DNA of 64,000 nt from Clostridia bacterium (GTDB taxonomy: Bacteria; Bacillota; Clostridia; Christensenellales; CAG-138). Location of the stretch: assembly GCA_036651815.1 (NCBI GenBank), contig JAVVXB010000003.1, positions 42,144-106,143 of the forward strand. Direction: 5' to 3'. How positions within the stretch are numbered: position 1 is the first letter of the stretch; every line of letters starts with the position of its first letter. The position numbers were made by a program, and so were the translations under genes. The notes beneath the pieces are model-generated. The model was not told where the DNA came from. It was given only the letters and a program-made list of their open reading frames with translations, and made no database searches. Shown one piece after another: positions 37,832 through 47,441 of the stretch.

Positions 37832-38548
37832 TTAAACATGCTCCCCGCATACGGAGCAATTGGGGTTACGCCGCAAGGGGATTTTTTCAAAGGTCAGGCT
37901 GGCTCCGTCAAAGTGAAGCAGCGTGTCGGCCAGTGGATTCGGCCGGCCGAGCAGGAGCAGCAGAGTTGCCTGCGCCATCAGGGAGGAGATGACGCTGACC
38001 ACCGGCGCGAAGGAAAGGGAGGAGCGGTTTTTTGGGGGGTCGCCGTATAGACAGGACAAGCAGGCGGTTTTACCCGGTTCAACAATCTGGAGGGTTCCGC
38101 ACATGCCATCCACAGCGCCGTTTACCAGCGGTTTGCCCAGATGCAAACATGCCCGGTTCAGTGTCAAGCGTGTGGAAAAACAATCGACGGCTGACAAAAC
38201 GATATCATATCCGCCAATCAAACTTTCTGCATTATCCTCACCAAGGCGGCAGTTATGGGGCGCGTAATGTAGATCTGGATTGAAGGCTTGCAAACGCGCC
38301 ACTGCGGAATCCGTTTTGGGCTTGCCAAGGCTTTGGTACGTATGGAGAAACTGTCGGTTAAGATTGCTTTCGGATACTGTATCAAAGTCGGCAATACCAA
38401 GATGTCCAATCCCCGCTCCCGCCAGACAAAAAAGCAGAGCAGATCCCAGGCCGCCTGCGCCCACCACAAAGGCGGATGCCTGTTGAAGCCGTTGCTGCCC
38501 GGCCAGACCAATCTCGGGCATGAAAACTTGTCGTACATAACGATCCAT
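37832..38548 (-). CDS. ThiF/MoeB/HesA family E1-like adenylyltransferase
   Basis: Nucleotide-binding loop VVGAGGLGS, DFDTVSESNLNRQ, and two CxxC pairs (CLSC, CSVC). AAAGGAGG SD upstream. Confidence 0.8.
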   Translation of the reverse strand: MDRYVRQVFMPEIGLAGQQRLQQASAFVVGAGGLGSALLFCLAGAGIGHLGIADFDTVSESNLNRQFLHTYQSLGKPKTDSAVARLQAFNPDLHYAPHNCRLGEDNAESLIGGYDIVLSAVDCFSTRLTLNRACLHLGKPLVNGAVDGMCGTLQIVEPGKTACLSCLYGDPPKNRSSLSFAPVVSVISSLMAQATLLLLLGRPNPLADTLLHFDGASLTFEKIPLRRNPNCSVCGEHV

Positions 38549-38801
38549 GGGCGCCTCCTTTGCTGAGCGGCTATGATGGGCGGCAAGCGCTTAAAGGGTA
38601 GCGAGCTTCGCTGATGCAGCCCAGCTGCCGTCCGGTATTGATCGCATTGAATCACGCAACTGGTTTAAAAACGGATGATGTAACGATCACAATGGATGCC
38701 CATAAAGCTATTCTGGCGGCATGTCCTACCATTGCTTTCGTTTCTTAAATATAAAATCTAATTATATTGTACAACTTTGGTATGGACTTCCACAAGAAAG
38801 G

Positions 38802-38830
38802 TTGCTTCGCTTACAAAAAGCTTGTACAAT
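38802..38830 (+). promoter_or_regulatory. Sigma-A type promoter for the DUF1622-ftsH operon
   Basis: TTGCTT-N17-TACAAT, about 40 nt upstream of the ATG at 38869. Confidence 0.45.
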
Positions 38831-38868
38831 AGCCCATATAAATGCGATAGATTTGAAGGAGACGCCGT

Positions 38869-39219
38869 ATGCTGGACACCTTGCAGAACCTATTTACGAT
38901 CCTTGTTCAATATGCCATCCTGCTGATGGAAGTCATCGGCGTATGCATATTGATTGTGACTGCCGTGAAGAGTGCCGTGGGCTTGTTTCGGCATGATTCC
39001 AGCGTTAAATTGAGGCTTGCAGAAGGGATCGGACTTGCTTTAGAATTCAAGCTTGGTAGCGAGGTGCTGCGCACTGTCATTGTTCGTTCCTGGAGCGAGT
39101 TGGCCATTCTTGGCGCAATCGTGGTGCTTCGAGCTGCCATCACCTTTCTCATCCAATGGGAAATTAAGAACGAAAAACAAAGTTTGGAAATGCATAAGGA
39201 GCAAAAACAGATAGTATGA
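38869..39219 (+). CDS. Small membrane protein, DUF1622 family
   Basis: 116 aa. Pattern LRLAEGIGLALEFKLGSEVLRTV is typical of DUF1622. ATGA overlap with the ftsH start. Confidence 0.7.
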   Translation: MLDTLQNLFTILVQYAILLMEVIGVCILIVTAVKSAVGLFRHDSSVKLRLAEGIGLALEFKLGSEVLRTVIVRSWSELAILGAIVVLRAAITFLIQWEIKNEKQSLEMHKEQKQIV

Positions 39220-41051
39220 AGGAAGAAAAAACGCCATCCAGGAAACCGTTAATCTATTACGCAATTATTGCGAGTCTGGTGATTCTGCTGTTCAATGCCG
39301 TGATTTTTCCGATGATCGTGCAAGCCCAGGTCAAGCAGGTTGGCTATAACGATTTTTTAAACATGGTGGATAAGGGTATCGTCACCGAAGTGGCACGTGA
39401 TCAGGAAGAAGGCACCATCACATTCCTCACCAAAGAGGATGATGACCGAAAATATGCCTATAAGACCGGAATCTGGCCGGACGATACCCTCATGGAGCGG
39501 CTGAATAAAGCGAATGTAACGTTTTCGGCATCCATCAATGCCCAGATGTCACCGCTACTGAGCTTTATTGTTTCATGGATTCTGCCAATTTTGATTTTTT
39601 CGTTCATTGGCCGGCTTATTATGCGGGGAATGCAGAGTGCCGGCGGCATGGGGGGCGTGGGCAATGCGCTCAAGCTCGGCAAGGCCAACGCCAAGGTGTA
39701 TGTGGAAGCCCAGACGGGCAAAACTTTTGCGGATGTTGCGGGACAGGACGAAGCCAAGGAAGCGTTACTGGAGATTGTTGACTTTTTGCATAACCCGGAT
39801 AAATATGTAACCATCGGCGCAAAGTTGCCCAAGGGCGCGCTGCTGGTCGGTCCTCCAGGCACCGGAAAAACATTGCTGGCAAAGGCCGTTGCCGGAGAAG
39901 CGCAGGTACCGTTTTTCTCTATTTCCGGGTCGGAATTCGTGGAGATGTTCGTGGGGATGGGTGCGGCTAAGGTGCGCGATTTGTTCCAACAAGCGGAGGA
40001 AAAAGCGCCCTGCATTGTCTTTATCGATGAAATTGACACCATCGGAAAAAAGCGAGACACCGGCCTATCTGCCAACGATGAGCGTGAGCAAACCTTAAAT
40101 CAGCTATTGACCGAGATGGATGGGTTTGACGGCAAGAAGGGCGTTGTGATTTTGGCCGCCACCAACCGCCCGGAGACACTCGATGCAGCACTGCTTCGCC
40201 CCGGCCGCTTCGATCGGCGTATTCCCGTGGAGCTGCCGGATCTCGCCGGACGGGAAGCTATCCTAAAGGTACATGCCAAGGATGTGCAGATGGACGGTGA
40301 TGCTGACTTCAATGAGATTGCCCGCGCAACCAGCGGCGCATCCGGCGCTGACCTAGCCAACATCATCAACGAGGCCGCGCTACGCGCCGTGCGTCTGGGA
40401 CGGGAAAGCGTGAACCAGAGCGATCTTGAGGAAAGCGTGGAGGTTGTCATCGCCGGCTATCAACGGAAGAACGCCGTGATCTCCGAAAAGGAAAAGAAGA
40501 TTGTCGCCTATCATGAAATTGGTCATGCGCTGGTTGCAGCCCGTCAGAGCGAGAGCGCCCTGGTGCATAAAATCACCATCGTGCCCCGTACTTCAGGCGC
40601 ACTAGGCTATACCATGCAGGTGGACGCGGGCGAGCATCACCTCATGAATCAACAGGAAGCTGAAAATAAAATTGCCACGTTCACGGGCGGCCGCGCGGCG
40701 GAGGAAATTATCTTTGGCAGCATCACCACCGGTGCAAGCAACGATATCGAACAAGCAACCCGCTTGGCCCGCGCAATGGTCACCCGCTATGGTATGAGCG
40801 AAGAATTTGATATGGTTGCGCTGGAAACCGTACAAAATCAATATCTTGGCGGCGATGTATCGCTGTCCTGTTCGGCGGAGACCGCAGCCAGAATTGATGA
40901 TAAAGTCGTGCAAATTGTCCGCACTGCCCATGGCAAAGCGCTTGGGATTCTGAAGGATGAACGGGAGGCGTTGGATCGATTGGCGGTATATTTGCTGGAG
41001 AAAGAAACCATCACCGGTGAAGAATTCCTGAAAATTCTAAACCAAAAGTAA
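39216..41051 (+). CDS. ftsH: ATP-dependent zinc metalloprotease FtsH
   Basis: Walker [22 protein letters not shown] region, and zinc motif HEIGHAL. Confidence 0.95.
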   Translation: MKEEKTPSRKPLIYYAIIASLVILLFNAVIFPMIVQAQVKQVGYNDFLNMVDKGIVTEVARDQEEGTITFLTKEDDDRKYAYKTGIWPDDTLMERLNKANVTFSASINAQMSPLLSFIVSWILPILIFSFIGRLIMRGMQSAGGMGGVGNALKLGKANAKVYVEAQTGKTFADVAGQDEAKEALLEIVDFLHNPDKYVTIGAKLPKGALLVGPPGTGKTLLAKAVAGEAQVPFFSISGSEFVEMFVGMGAAKVRDLFQQAEEKAPCIVFIDEIDTIGKKRDTGLSANDEREQTLNQLLTEMDGFDGKKGVVILAATNRPETLDAALLRPGRFDRRIPVELPDLAGREAILKVHAKDVQMDGDADFNEIARATSGASGADLANIINEAALRAVRLGRESVNQSDLEESVEVVIAGYQRKNAVISEKEKKIVAYHEIGHALVAARQSESALVHKITIVPRTSGALGYTMQVDAGEHHLMNQQEAENKIATFTGGRAAEEIIFGSITTGASNDIEQATRLARAMVTRYGMSEEFDMVALETVQNQYLGGDVSLSCSAETAARIDDKVVQIVRTAHGKALGILKDEREALDRLAVYLLEKETITGEEFLKILNQK

Positions 41052-41215
41052 TTTGTTCGGAATCGTTTGATCCATCGGCATTCCTCTGCATCAACGAATT
41101 TGCGTTGAACGGTTATCCGAAAGTGCTGGGTTTTTAGAGGAATGCGATTGCTTTCTGGACGGCGTCATCTCTTTGTGGTAGGCTAAGATGGATTTTTATG
41201 ATACGAGGTTGATGT

Positions 41216-41737
41216 ATGCATGGAAGCAATGATGTGAAACTATACAATGTGATTTTTCCCATCTGGCTGTTGTGGCTAATCCCCGCCACATGGGTGGTGG
41301 TGTTGCCTGCTAATTTTCTGATTGATTTGTTGGTCATTGTGCTTGCCCTTAGATCAATGCAAGTGACAGAAAGAAAGCGAACTGCGAAATCCATCATCTG
41401 GAAAGTATGGCTTCTTGGGTTTGCGGCAGATTTCATCGGGACGGTGCTGATGTTTATGGCCAACGTGCTTGACTTTGGCTATGAAACGCCCGTTGGAAAA
41501 TGGTGGTATGAAAACATTACAAACGCGGTGAGCATGAACCCCTTTGAGAATATCTATGCCATTTTTTGGGTGACAGCTTGTGTAGTGGTTTCCGGATGCT
41601 GTATCTATTTCTTCAATCGTAGAATAGCGCTTGCGAAATCCGGATTGGACGATGCGCAAAAAAAACGCCTTGCGCTGTTACTGGCCGTGTGCACTGCTCC
41701 ATATTTGTTCTATCTGCCCACCGTTTGGGTTTATTGA
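41216..41737 (+). CDS. Hypothetical integral membrane protein
   Basis: 173 aa, four hydrophobic helices, GAGGT SD. No recognisable motif. Confidence 0.5.
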   Translation: MHGSNDVKLYNVIFPIWLLWLIPATWVVVLPANFLIDLLVIVLALRSMQVTERKRTAKSIIWKVWLLGFAADFIGTVLMFMANVLDFGYETPVGKWWYENITNAVSMNPFENIYAIFWVTACVVVSGCCIYFFNRRIALAKSGLDDAQKKRLALLLAVCTAPYLFYLPTVWVY

Positions 41738-41917
41738 GGGGAATTCGTTTTACAAAAAGATCCACCTATCGGTGTGAAATCGGTGTAATGCCGCTTTCAT
41801 ACCTTTTTGGTTTATGTTATCCGGATTAATTTTTTGTATAAATAAATAAGCGATACTGCATTACGCACGGACTTACATCCGGAAATGTGAAAAGTTTGTA
41901 GCGTCGCAATGGATTAC

Positions 41918-41946
41918 TTGATTTTCGGGGGAACTGGTACTATATT
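41918..41946 (+). promoter_or_regulatory. Sigma-A promoter of htpG
   Basis: TTGATT-N17-TATATT, immediately upstream of the CIRCE element. Confidence 0.6.
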
Positions 41947-41950
41947 GGTG

Positions 41951-41977
41951 TTAGCACTCAACGAAGGCGAGTGCTAA
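41951..41977 (+). promoter_or_regulatory. CIRCE operator (HrcA binding site)
   Basis: TTAGCACTC-AACGAAGGC-GAGTGCTAA, a perfect match to the consensus TTAGCACTC-N9-GAGTGCTAA. It starts 5 nt after the -10 box. Confidence 0.9.
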
Positions 41978-42072
41978 CACTTTCTGCGTGATCTTCGATT
42001 GGACGGATCGTTTTCTTTTGATTCTTTTCAAACAAGAAAAGAATGCAAGATTATAATTTGGAGGAAGAACAT

Positions 42073-43959
42073 ATGGCAAAGAAACAATTTAAGGCAGAGT
42101 CAAAGCGATTGCTGGATTTGATGATCAATTCCATCTATACGCACAAGGAGATTTTTCTACGCGAACTCATCAGTAATGCCAGCGATGCCAGCGACAAGCT
42201 GTACTTTATTTCTCTGACGGACCCGAATGTCGGCATGACACGGGAAGATTTCCAGATTCGTATTGAAGCGGATCAGGGAACGCGTACGCTGCGCTTAGTG
42301 GACAATGGCTGCGGAATGAGCAAGGAAGACCTTGAAAACAACCTTGGCACCATCGCCAAGAGCGGCACGTTAACCTTTAAGCAGGAGCATGCTTTGGGGG
42401 AAGATGTGGATATCATCGGCCAGTTCGGTGTTGGCTTCTATTCTGCCTTTATGGTGGCAAAGGATATCAAGGTGTTGAGCCGCGCTTATGGCAGCGATGA
42501 GGCATGGCTGTGGGAATCCGCTGGCGAGGATGGGTATACCATGACGCCCGCCGAAAAGCAAACGGTCGGCACGGAGATTACACTGCTGCTGAAGGACAAC
42601 AACGACGAGGAAAACTATGATCGTTTCCTCACGCCTTACGCCATACAGGGTCTTGTTAAAAAGTATTCGGACTATATTCGCTATCCCATTCGCATGATGA
42701 TGGAGAAATCCCGCAAGAAGGAAGGCGGAAAGGACGACGAATATGAAACGTACTATGAAGAGGAAACCCTCAACAGCATGGTTCCGATCTGGAAGAAGAA
42801 TAAAGCGGAGCTAACCGACGAGGATTATAATAATTTTTATAAAGAGAAGTTCCATGATTATGAAGATCCGATGTTGGTGATCCATACCAGCGCGGAAGGC
42901 GCGGTCAGCTATAACGCGCTGCTGTATCTGCCTAAGAATCCGCCATATGATTTTTATTCAAAAGAATATCAGCGCGGGCTGCAGCTCTATACCAGCGGGG
43001 TCATGATCATGGATAAGTGCGAAGATCTGCTGCCGGACTATTTCGGTTTTGTGAAGGGCCTTGTGGATTCCGCAGATCTCTCGCTGAATATTTCTCGAGA
43101 AATGTTGCAGCACGATCGCCAGCTCAAGACGATTGCGGCCAATCTGAAAAAGAAGATAAAGAGTGAGCTGCTGAAGCTACTCGAAAACGATCGTGAAAAA
43201 TATGATACGTTCTGGAAGAGCTTTGGTCTGCCGATCAAATATGGCCTGTACAGCGGCTATGGCGCGAACAAGGATTTTTTAAGCGATCTGGTGTTATTCC
43301 ACTCTGCGGCCGAAGATAAAATGATCACCCTCAAGGAATATGTGGATCATATGGCGGCGGATCAGAAGTTTATTTATTACGCGTGCGGTCAGAGCATCGA
43401 CCGCACGCTCAAGCTGCCGCAGACGGAACTTGTCCGCGCAAAGGGGTACGATATCCTCTGCATGACGGACGATGTGGATGAATTTGCCGTCAAGATGATG
43501 CACACGCATCTTGAAAAGGAGTTTAAGTCCGTTGCCGATCACGATCTGGATCTTGCCAACGATGCGGAAAAGGAGGTCAAGAAGGAACAGCAGAAGACCT
43601 ACGAGGGCGCACTCAAGGCCGTTCAGGATGCGTTGGGCGATTTGGTCAAGGAGGTGCGGTTGAGCGATCGGCTCATTACCTCACCGGTGTGCCTGACGAG
43701 TGAAGGACCGCTCTCGATTGAGATGGAAAAGGTACTCAACAACATGCCAAGCAGCAACGGCGAGACGATGAAAGCGGATCGTGTGCTGGAAATCAATCCA
43801 AATCATCCGGTCATGCAGGCGCTTTCCGGGCTGGGGCAGGGCGACCCTCGCATTAAGCAATATGCAAAGCTGCTGTATCAGCAGGCACTGCTGATTGAAG
43901 GGATTCCCCTCGAAGATCCGGTGGCATTCAGCAATAGCATTTGTGAATTGATGGTATAA
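42073..43959 (+). CDS. htpG: Molecular chaperone HtpG (Hsp90)
   Basis: N-terminal LRELISNASDA signature. Start at MAKKQF (42073) with GGAGG 8 nt upstream. Confidence 0.95.
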   Translation: MAKKQFKAESKRLLDLMINSIYTHKEIFLRELISNASDASDKLYFISLTDPNVGMTREDFQIRIEADQGTRTLRLVDNGCGMSKEDLENNLGTIAKSGTLTFKQEHALGEDVDIIGQFGVGFYSAFMVAKDIKVLSRAYGSDEAWLWESAGEDGYTMTPAEKQTVGTEITLLLKDNNDEENYDRFLTPYAIQGLVKKYSDYIRYPIRMMMEKSRKKEGGKDDEYETYYEEETLNSMVPIWKKNKAELTDEDYNNFYKEKFHDYEDPMLVIHTSAEGAVSYNALLYLPKNPPYDFYSKEYQRGLQLYTSGVMIMDKCEDLLPDYFGFVKGLVDSADLSLNISREMLQHDRQLKTIAANLKKKIKSELLKLLENDREKYDTFWKSFGLPIKYGLYSGYGANKDFLSDLVLFHSAAEDKMITLKEYVDHMAADQKFIYYACGQSIDRTLKLPQTELVRAKGYDILCMTDDVDEFAVKMMHTHLEKEFKSVADHDLDLANDAEKEVKKEQQKTYEGALKAVQDALGDLVKEVRLSDRLITSPVCLTSEGPLSIEMEKVLNNMPSSNGETMKADRVLEINPNHPVMQALSGLGQGDPRIKQYAKLLYQQALLIEGIPLEDPVAFSNSICELMV

Positions 43960-44000
43960 AATATAGGGATGTGAATTTGCTCGGATTTCGCGGATACAAT

Positions 44001-44031
44001 CAAAAAGTCAGCAGAAATGCTGACTTTTTTT
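44001..44031. terminator. Bidirectional rho-independent terminator
   Basis: A5-AGTCAGCA-GAAA-TGCTGACT-T7, between convergent htpG and the glutaredoxin-like gene. Confidence 0.8.
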
Positions 44032-44079
44032 GATGTTTGCAGCAATGGAATCTACAGCCACAATTTTGTTTTTAGATAC

Positions 44080-44340
44080 CTATTGAATTGCCATGTCCAG
44101 CACGCGCTTGACATCGGTTTTTTCCATGTGCCCTTCATACACCTTTTTCCCGTCGAGCCAGAAGCAGGGGACATACCAATAATCATAGCTGTTTGCCAAT
44201 TTTTTTTCGACGCCTTCATCGATCAGCTTGATTTGCACCCCTGCATATTGGGGGTTCTCTGCCTTGAGCGTTTCGATGCATTGCAGCGCAAGCTTGCAGT
44301 GCGGACAGCTTGGCAGATAGAATAGCAGCAGTTCCTTCAT
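44080..44340 (-). CDS. Glutaredoxin/NrdH-like thioredoxin-fold protein
   Basis: 86 aa with a CPHC redox motif near the N-terminus. ATGA overlap with the rsmA stop. Confidence 0.7.
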   Translation of the reverse strand: MKELLLFYLPSCPHCKLALQCIETLKAENPQYAGVQIKLIDEGVEKKLANSYDYWYVPCFWLDGKKVYEGHMEKTDVKRVLDMAIQ

Positions 44341-45194
44341 GATGGATTCACCTCCTCAGCAAATTTTGGGTCAGCCAGTTGTTCCTTGCCTTCTTTCCCG
44401 GATGAAACGAATAGAAGACAGAGGGCAGAGAGAAGAGCCGGATCAATGGCTTCGGCACGGACGCCTGCTGGCAACCCGAGGGATTCCAGTGCCGCGTCAA
44501 AACCAGACGGTCTTGCGAGGTTATTGCGCAGGGTTTTTCGCCGCATGGCAAAAATACGCCTTAAGAAACGAAAAAATACGGCAGGCTGCAATTCGCGCGG
44601 TTCAGTGCGGGATAGATGAACCACGGTGGAGGTAACATCCGGTGCGGGATAGAAGCATGTGTTTGGAACATCCAGTACCTGCGTGGGCGTGTAATAGTAC
44701 TGGGAGAGAACCGCAACCGGACCATATACCCGATCCCCCGGACGGGCAAAAAAACGTGCGGCAGCCTCCGTCTGAACCATCAACGTCATGGAATCCGGTA
44801 GTAACAGCAGCAGCTTTTCGACAATTGGGGTGGTCACGTAGTATGGTAGATTGCCGATTGCAAGGAAGGAACCTTCCCCCATGAGCGCGGGGACGTTTGT
44901 TTCCAGAAAGTCCTGCGTGACGACCGTTAGATTCTCCGCCGGCAGCAGGGTTCGCAGCAGTTCTGCCATGGTAGCATCCTTTTCCACTGCCACAACGTAA
45001 TGCGCACGCTTGCATAGCGCGCTGGTCAAAGCGCCGAGTCCCGGACCAATTTCAAGCATGCGTTTGTTGTCCGGCATGGCTGCATTGAGGATGGACTCGA
45101 TTGTGGAGGCATCCGTCAGAAAGTTCTGCCCGAGCGCCCGGTTTGGCTGCAAGGCGTGTTCCGAGAGAAAATGTTTGAGTTCATCTAATTTCAT
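44337..45194 (-). CDS. rsmA: 16S rRNA (adenine1518/1519-N6)-dimethyltransferase
   Basis: LGQNFL motif and SAM loop LEIGPGLGALT. Confidence 0.9.
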   Translation of the reverse strand: MKLDELKHFLSEHALQPNRALGQNFLTDASTIESILNAAMPDNKRMLEIGPGLGALTSALCKRAHYVVAVEKDATMAELLRTLLPAENLTVVTQDFLETNVPALMGEGSFLAIGNLPYYVTTPIVEKLLLLLPDSMTLMVQTEAAARFFARPGDRVYGPVAVLSQYYYTPTQVLDVPNTCFYPAPDVTSTVVHLSRTEPRELQPAVFFRFLRRIFAMRRKTLRNNLARPSGFDAALESLGLPAGVRAEAIDPALLSALCLLFVSSGKEGKEQLADPKFAEEVNPS

Positions 45195-45201
45195 ATGGAT
45201 T

Positions 45202-45210
45202 AGTATAGCA
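45202..45210 (-). promoter_or_regulatory. Extended -10 box TGCTATACT, 7 nt upstream of the rsmA ATG
   Basis: The minus strand reads TGCTATACT-AATCCAT-ATG. Confidence 0.45.
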
Positions 45211-45242
45211 TATTTTTGTAAAGAACACTGCCATCATGCGTA

Positions 45243-45986
45243 TTATTCCGGCACGGCGGCCATGAGCACCTCGCCAATGGGTGCACAGATGGTCAACTGC
45301 GCACGGGCATCCTGATGCGTTTCGGTCAGATTGATGACCACTAGGTTTTTTCCGGTAAAATAGTCAGCCAGTCCTGCGGCCGGATACACCACAAGGGAGG
45401 TGCCACCGATGATGAGCATATCTGCACGCGAAATATGTGTTACGGCAGATTGCAACACTTCGCTGTCCAAGCTCTCGCCATACAGCACTACGTCCGGTTT
45501 AATCAAGCCGCCGCAGGCACAACGCGGCACATTGTTCATGGGTAGAATTTCGGAGAGCGAATAGATCCTGCCACATTTCATGCAGTGATTTCGATAGACG
45601 CTGCCGTGTAGCTCCAGCACATGACGGCTGCCTGCCTGCTGATGCAGATCGTCAATATTCTGGGTGATGACAGCGGTCAGCTTGCCGGCTTGCTCAAGCC
45701 GTGCAAGCGCTTTGTGCGCTTGGTTGGGACGCGCATTCGGAACCAGCAGAAATTTGCGGTAGTATTCAAAAAATACTTCGGTGTGGTGCATGAAAAACTC
45801 ATGGGACAGCAGTGTCTCCGGCGGATACCCAAACTGTTGGATGGCCTGAAAGATCCCATCCGAACTACGAAAATCCGGAATGCCGCTCTCCGTGGAGGTA
45901 CCTGCACCACCCAGAAATGCAACGCGCCGCGCATCCGCAAGCATCATTTTTAATTGTTTAATTTGAGTTAAAATTTTTGAGTTCAT
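45243..45986 (-). CDS. cobB: NAD-dependent protein deacylase, Sir2 family
   Basis: GAGTSTESGIPDFRS, catalytic LELHGS, and a zinc ribbon CMKC...CACG. Start taken at MNSKIL (45986) with GAGAGGG SD. Confidence 0.85.
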   Translation of the reverse strand: MNSKILTQIKQLKMMLADARRVAFLGGAGTSTESGIPDFRSSDGIFQAIQQFGYPPETLLSHEFFMHHTEVFFEYYRKFLLVPNARPNQAHKALARLEQAGKLTAVITQNIDDLHQQAGSRHVLELHGSVYRNHCMKCGRIYSLSEILPMNNVPRCACGGLIKPDVVLYGESLDSEVLQSAVTHISRADMLIIGGTSLVVYPAAGLADYFTGKNLVVINLTETHQDARAQLTICAPIGEVLMAAVPE

Positions 45987-46041
45987 GCTGGTTGCCCTCT
46001 CAACTGAAGATTGACGCTTGGCAGATCGATGATCGGAATCA

Positions 46042-46719
46042 TCAAGTTTGCTTAAGTCGTCGTCGAGTGTCTTTCCATTCTGGACAAAAACCATCCATCA
46101 GCTGGTAGAACCGTTCGTTGTGGCTCGGCTCCCACAGATGGGTCAGTTCATGGAGTATGACATATTGCAGGAACTCAGAATCGAGGCGTACCAATTGAAG
46201 ATTGAGTGTGATGATCCCCGTGCGGACGTTGCAGGTGCCCCAACGGGAGGTCATATCGCGCATCCGCCAACCACTTGCGGATTTTCCAACAATTTGTTCG
46301 CAGGTTCCAAGCAACGCGGGCATTAAAGTGGCAAGCTGCTTGCGATACCAGTTATCCAAGACATGCCTACGTTCTGCTACACTGCTGCCCAAAGGAATGC
46401 GAAGAACGATGCGCTCTCCGTCCGCGAATACATCGGCGCGTTTGTCTGCCTCCGCCACTTGTAGGCGGTATGGGCGCCCCCAGAGAAAGAGCGTTTCGCC
46501 GGAGATGTAGTTGGCTGTGGGTTTTGATGCATATGCAGCGCGGTGCTTTTGAATCCATGGCAGCCGCTTCCGCGCAAACGATTCGATGGCAGCGTCTCCC
46601 ATGGACATCGGCGCGGTCAGCACCACGCGCCCATCCGGCTGCTTGATGCGAAGATAGAGATTTTTGATACATTTCTGCTCGATTTCCACGTGAATCCCGT
46701 CCAGTAACAGTGTTTTCAT
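46042..46719 (-). CDS. YgjP-like (DUF45/M48-related) zinc metallopeptidase
   Basis: HELTHLWEPSH (HExxH) near the C-terminus. Start taken at ATG 46719. Confidence 0.7.
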   Translation of the reverse strand: MKTLLLDGIHVEIEQKCIKNLYLRIKQPDGRVVLTAPMSMGDAAIESFARKRLPWIQKHRAAYASKPTANYISGETLFLWGRPYRLQVAEADKRADVFADGERIVLRIPLGSSVAERRHVLDNWYRKQLATLMPALLGTCEQIVGKSASGWRMRDMTSRWGTCNVRTGIITLNLQLVRLDSEFLQYVILHELTHLWEPSHNERFYQLMDGFCPEWKDTRRRLKQT

Positions 46720-46726
46720 AGTCAAT

Positions 46727-46735
46727 ATTATAGCA
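46727..46735 (-). promoter_or_regulatory. Extended -10 box TGCTATAAT, 7 nt upstream of the ygjP-like ATG
   Basis: The minus strand reads TGCTATAAT-ATTGACT-ATG. Confidence 0.45.
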
Positions 46736-47003
46736 TAGTTGTACGAATGTTTTGCAAGTCTGGATCATCAAATTTGGCGGTTCTTTGGGAGGCTTGCGGG
46801 CAATCGGGCCCCAGCATGTGTAGTAAATGGGTGGGAAAGCGGTTTCGCTATCTTTCTGCTATTTTTCGCATGCCCATGAAATTACCGCCAGTGAGATCTG
46901 CAAATTCGACACTGCACGAACAAAAGAAATTCAAACGCAACAGAATTTTTTTTGTTAAAAAACGCATCCAGGAGCGGCACAACACAGCACCCAGTTGAGG
47001 AAG

Positions 47004-47441
47004 TTACCTGCGAATGGTGGTATCCGTTTCCTCCGGCGAATCCGGGAAAGAAAGATGCCCCTGTAGATCAAATAATGAGAATGTTCGGTTTTCCACGGCG
47101 GCCAGTAGAACAAGCTGGATGATCTCGCCTCGCCAGCGATACAGCGTGGATTCTGAAACATTTAAGTCATTCATGAGGTGAACGACGCGTTGCTTGGTTT
47201 TTTTATAGCGTGGTACCGGATGGTGCAGACCAAACAGACGGATCATTGCTCTGGCCTTTTCCGGATTACGGCGCTTGAGATACGTATAAGCACGGGCGAT
47301 GGCATCACACCATTGTTGCATCGCTGCCCGCTCACTTTCCGTCAGGTTGTACCCACGCTGCAACCGATCCCGGTTGCGCCGGTAATCCAGCAGTTGATGA
47401 TTTACCTCGTTACGCAGATCCATGTATTCAGAAATCAACAT
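47004..47441 (-). CDS. Small HTH regulator resembling phage ArpU/RinA or sigma-70 region-4-like activators
   Basis: 145 aa. C-terminal HTH-like LNVSESTLYRWRGEII. Strong AAGGAGG SD. Family assignment is tentative. Confidence 0.45.
   Translation of the reverse strand: MLISEYMDLRNEVNHQLLDYRRNRDRLQRGYNLTESERAAMQQWCDAIARAYTYLKRRNPEKARAMIRLFGLHHPVPRYKKTKQRVVHLMNDLNVSESTLYRWRGEIIQLVLLAAVENRTFSLFDLQGHLSFPDSPEETDTTIRR

Noticed and set aside
38549-38720. Possible TPP or Moco riboswitch upstream of the ThiF-like gene.
   Set aside because: Reading the minus strand, I could not find the TPP core (CUGAGA ... ACCUGAUCUGGAUAAUGCCAGCG) or a confident Moco motif. This cannot be excluded without an Infernal/Rfam scan.
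38767-38829. TTGTACAA 8-bp palindrome at 38767-38774 and 38822-38829, and again at 8686-8693, as a possible operator.
   Set aside because: Two of the three copies coincide with a predicted TACAAT -10 hexamer preceded by TG, so the palindrome is probably a by-product of promoter sequence. Three copies in 64 kb is too weak statistically.
45243-45986. Sir2-domain protein as a possible anti-phage defence gene (Thoeris/DSR-like).
   Set aside because: It is a compact canonical sirtuin with an intact zinc ribbon and the GAGxSxxSGIPDFR motif. It has no fused effector or sensor domain and no defence-type neighbours.
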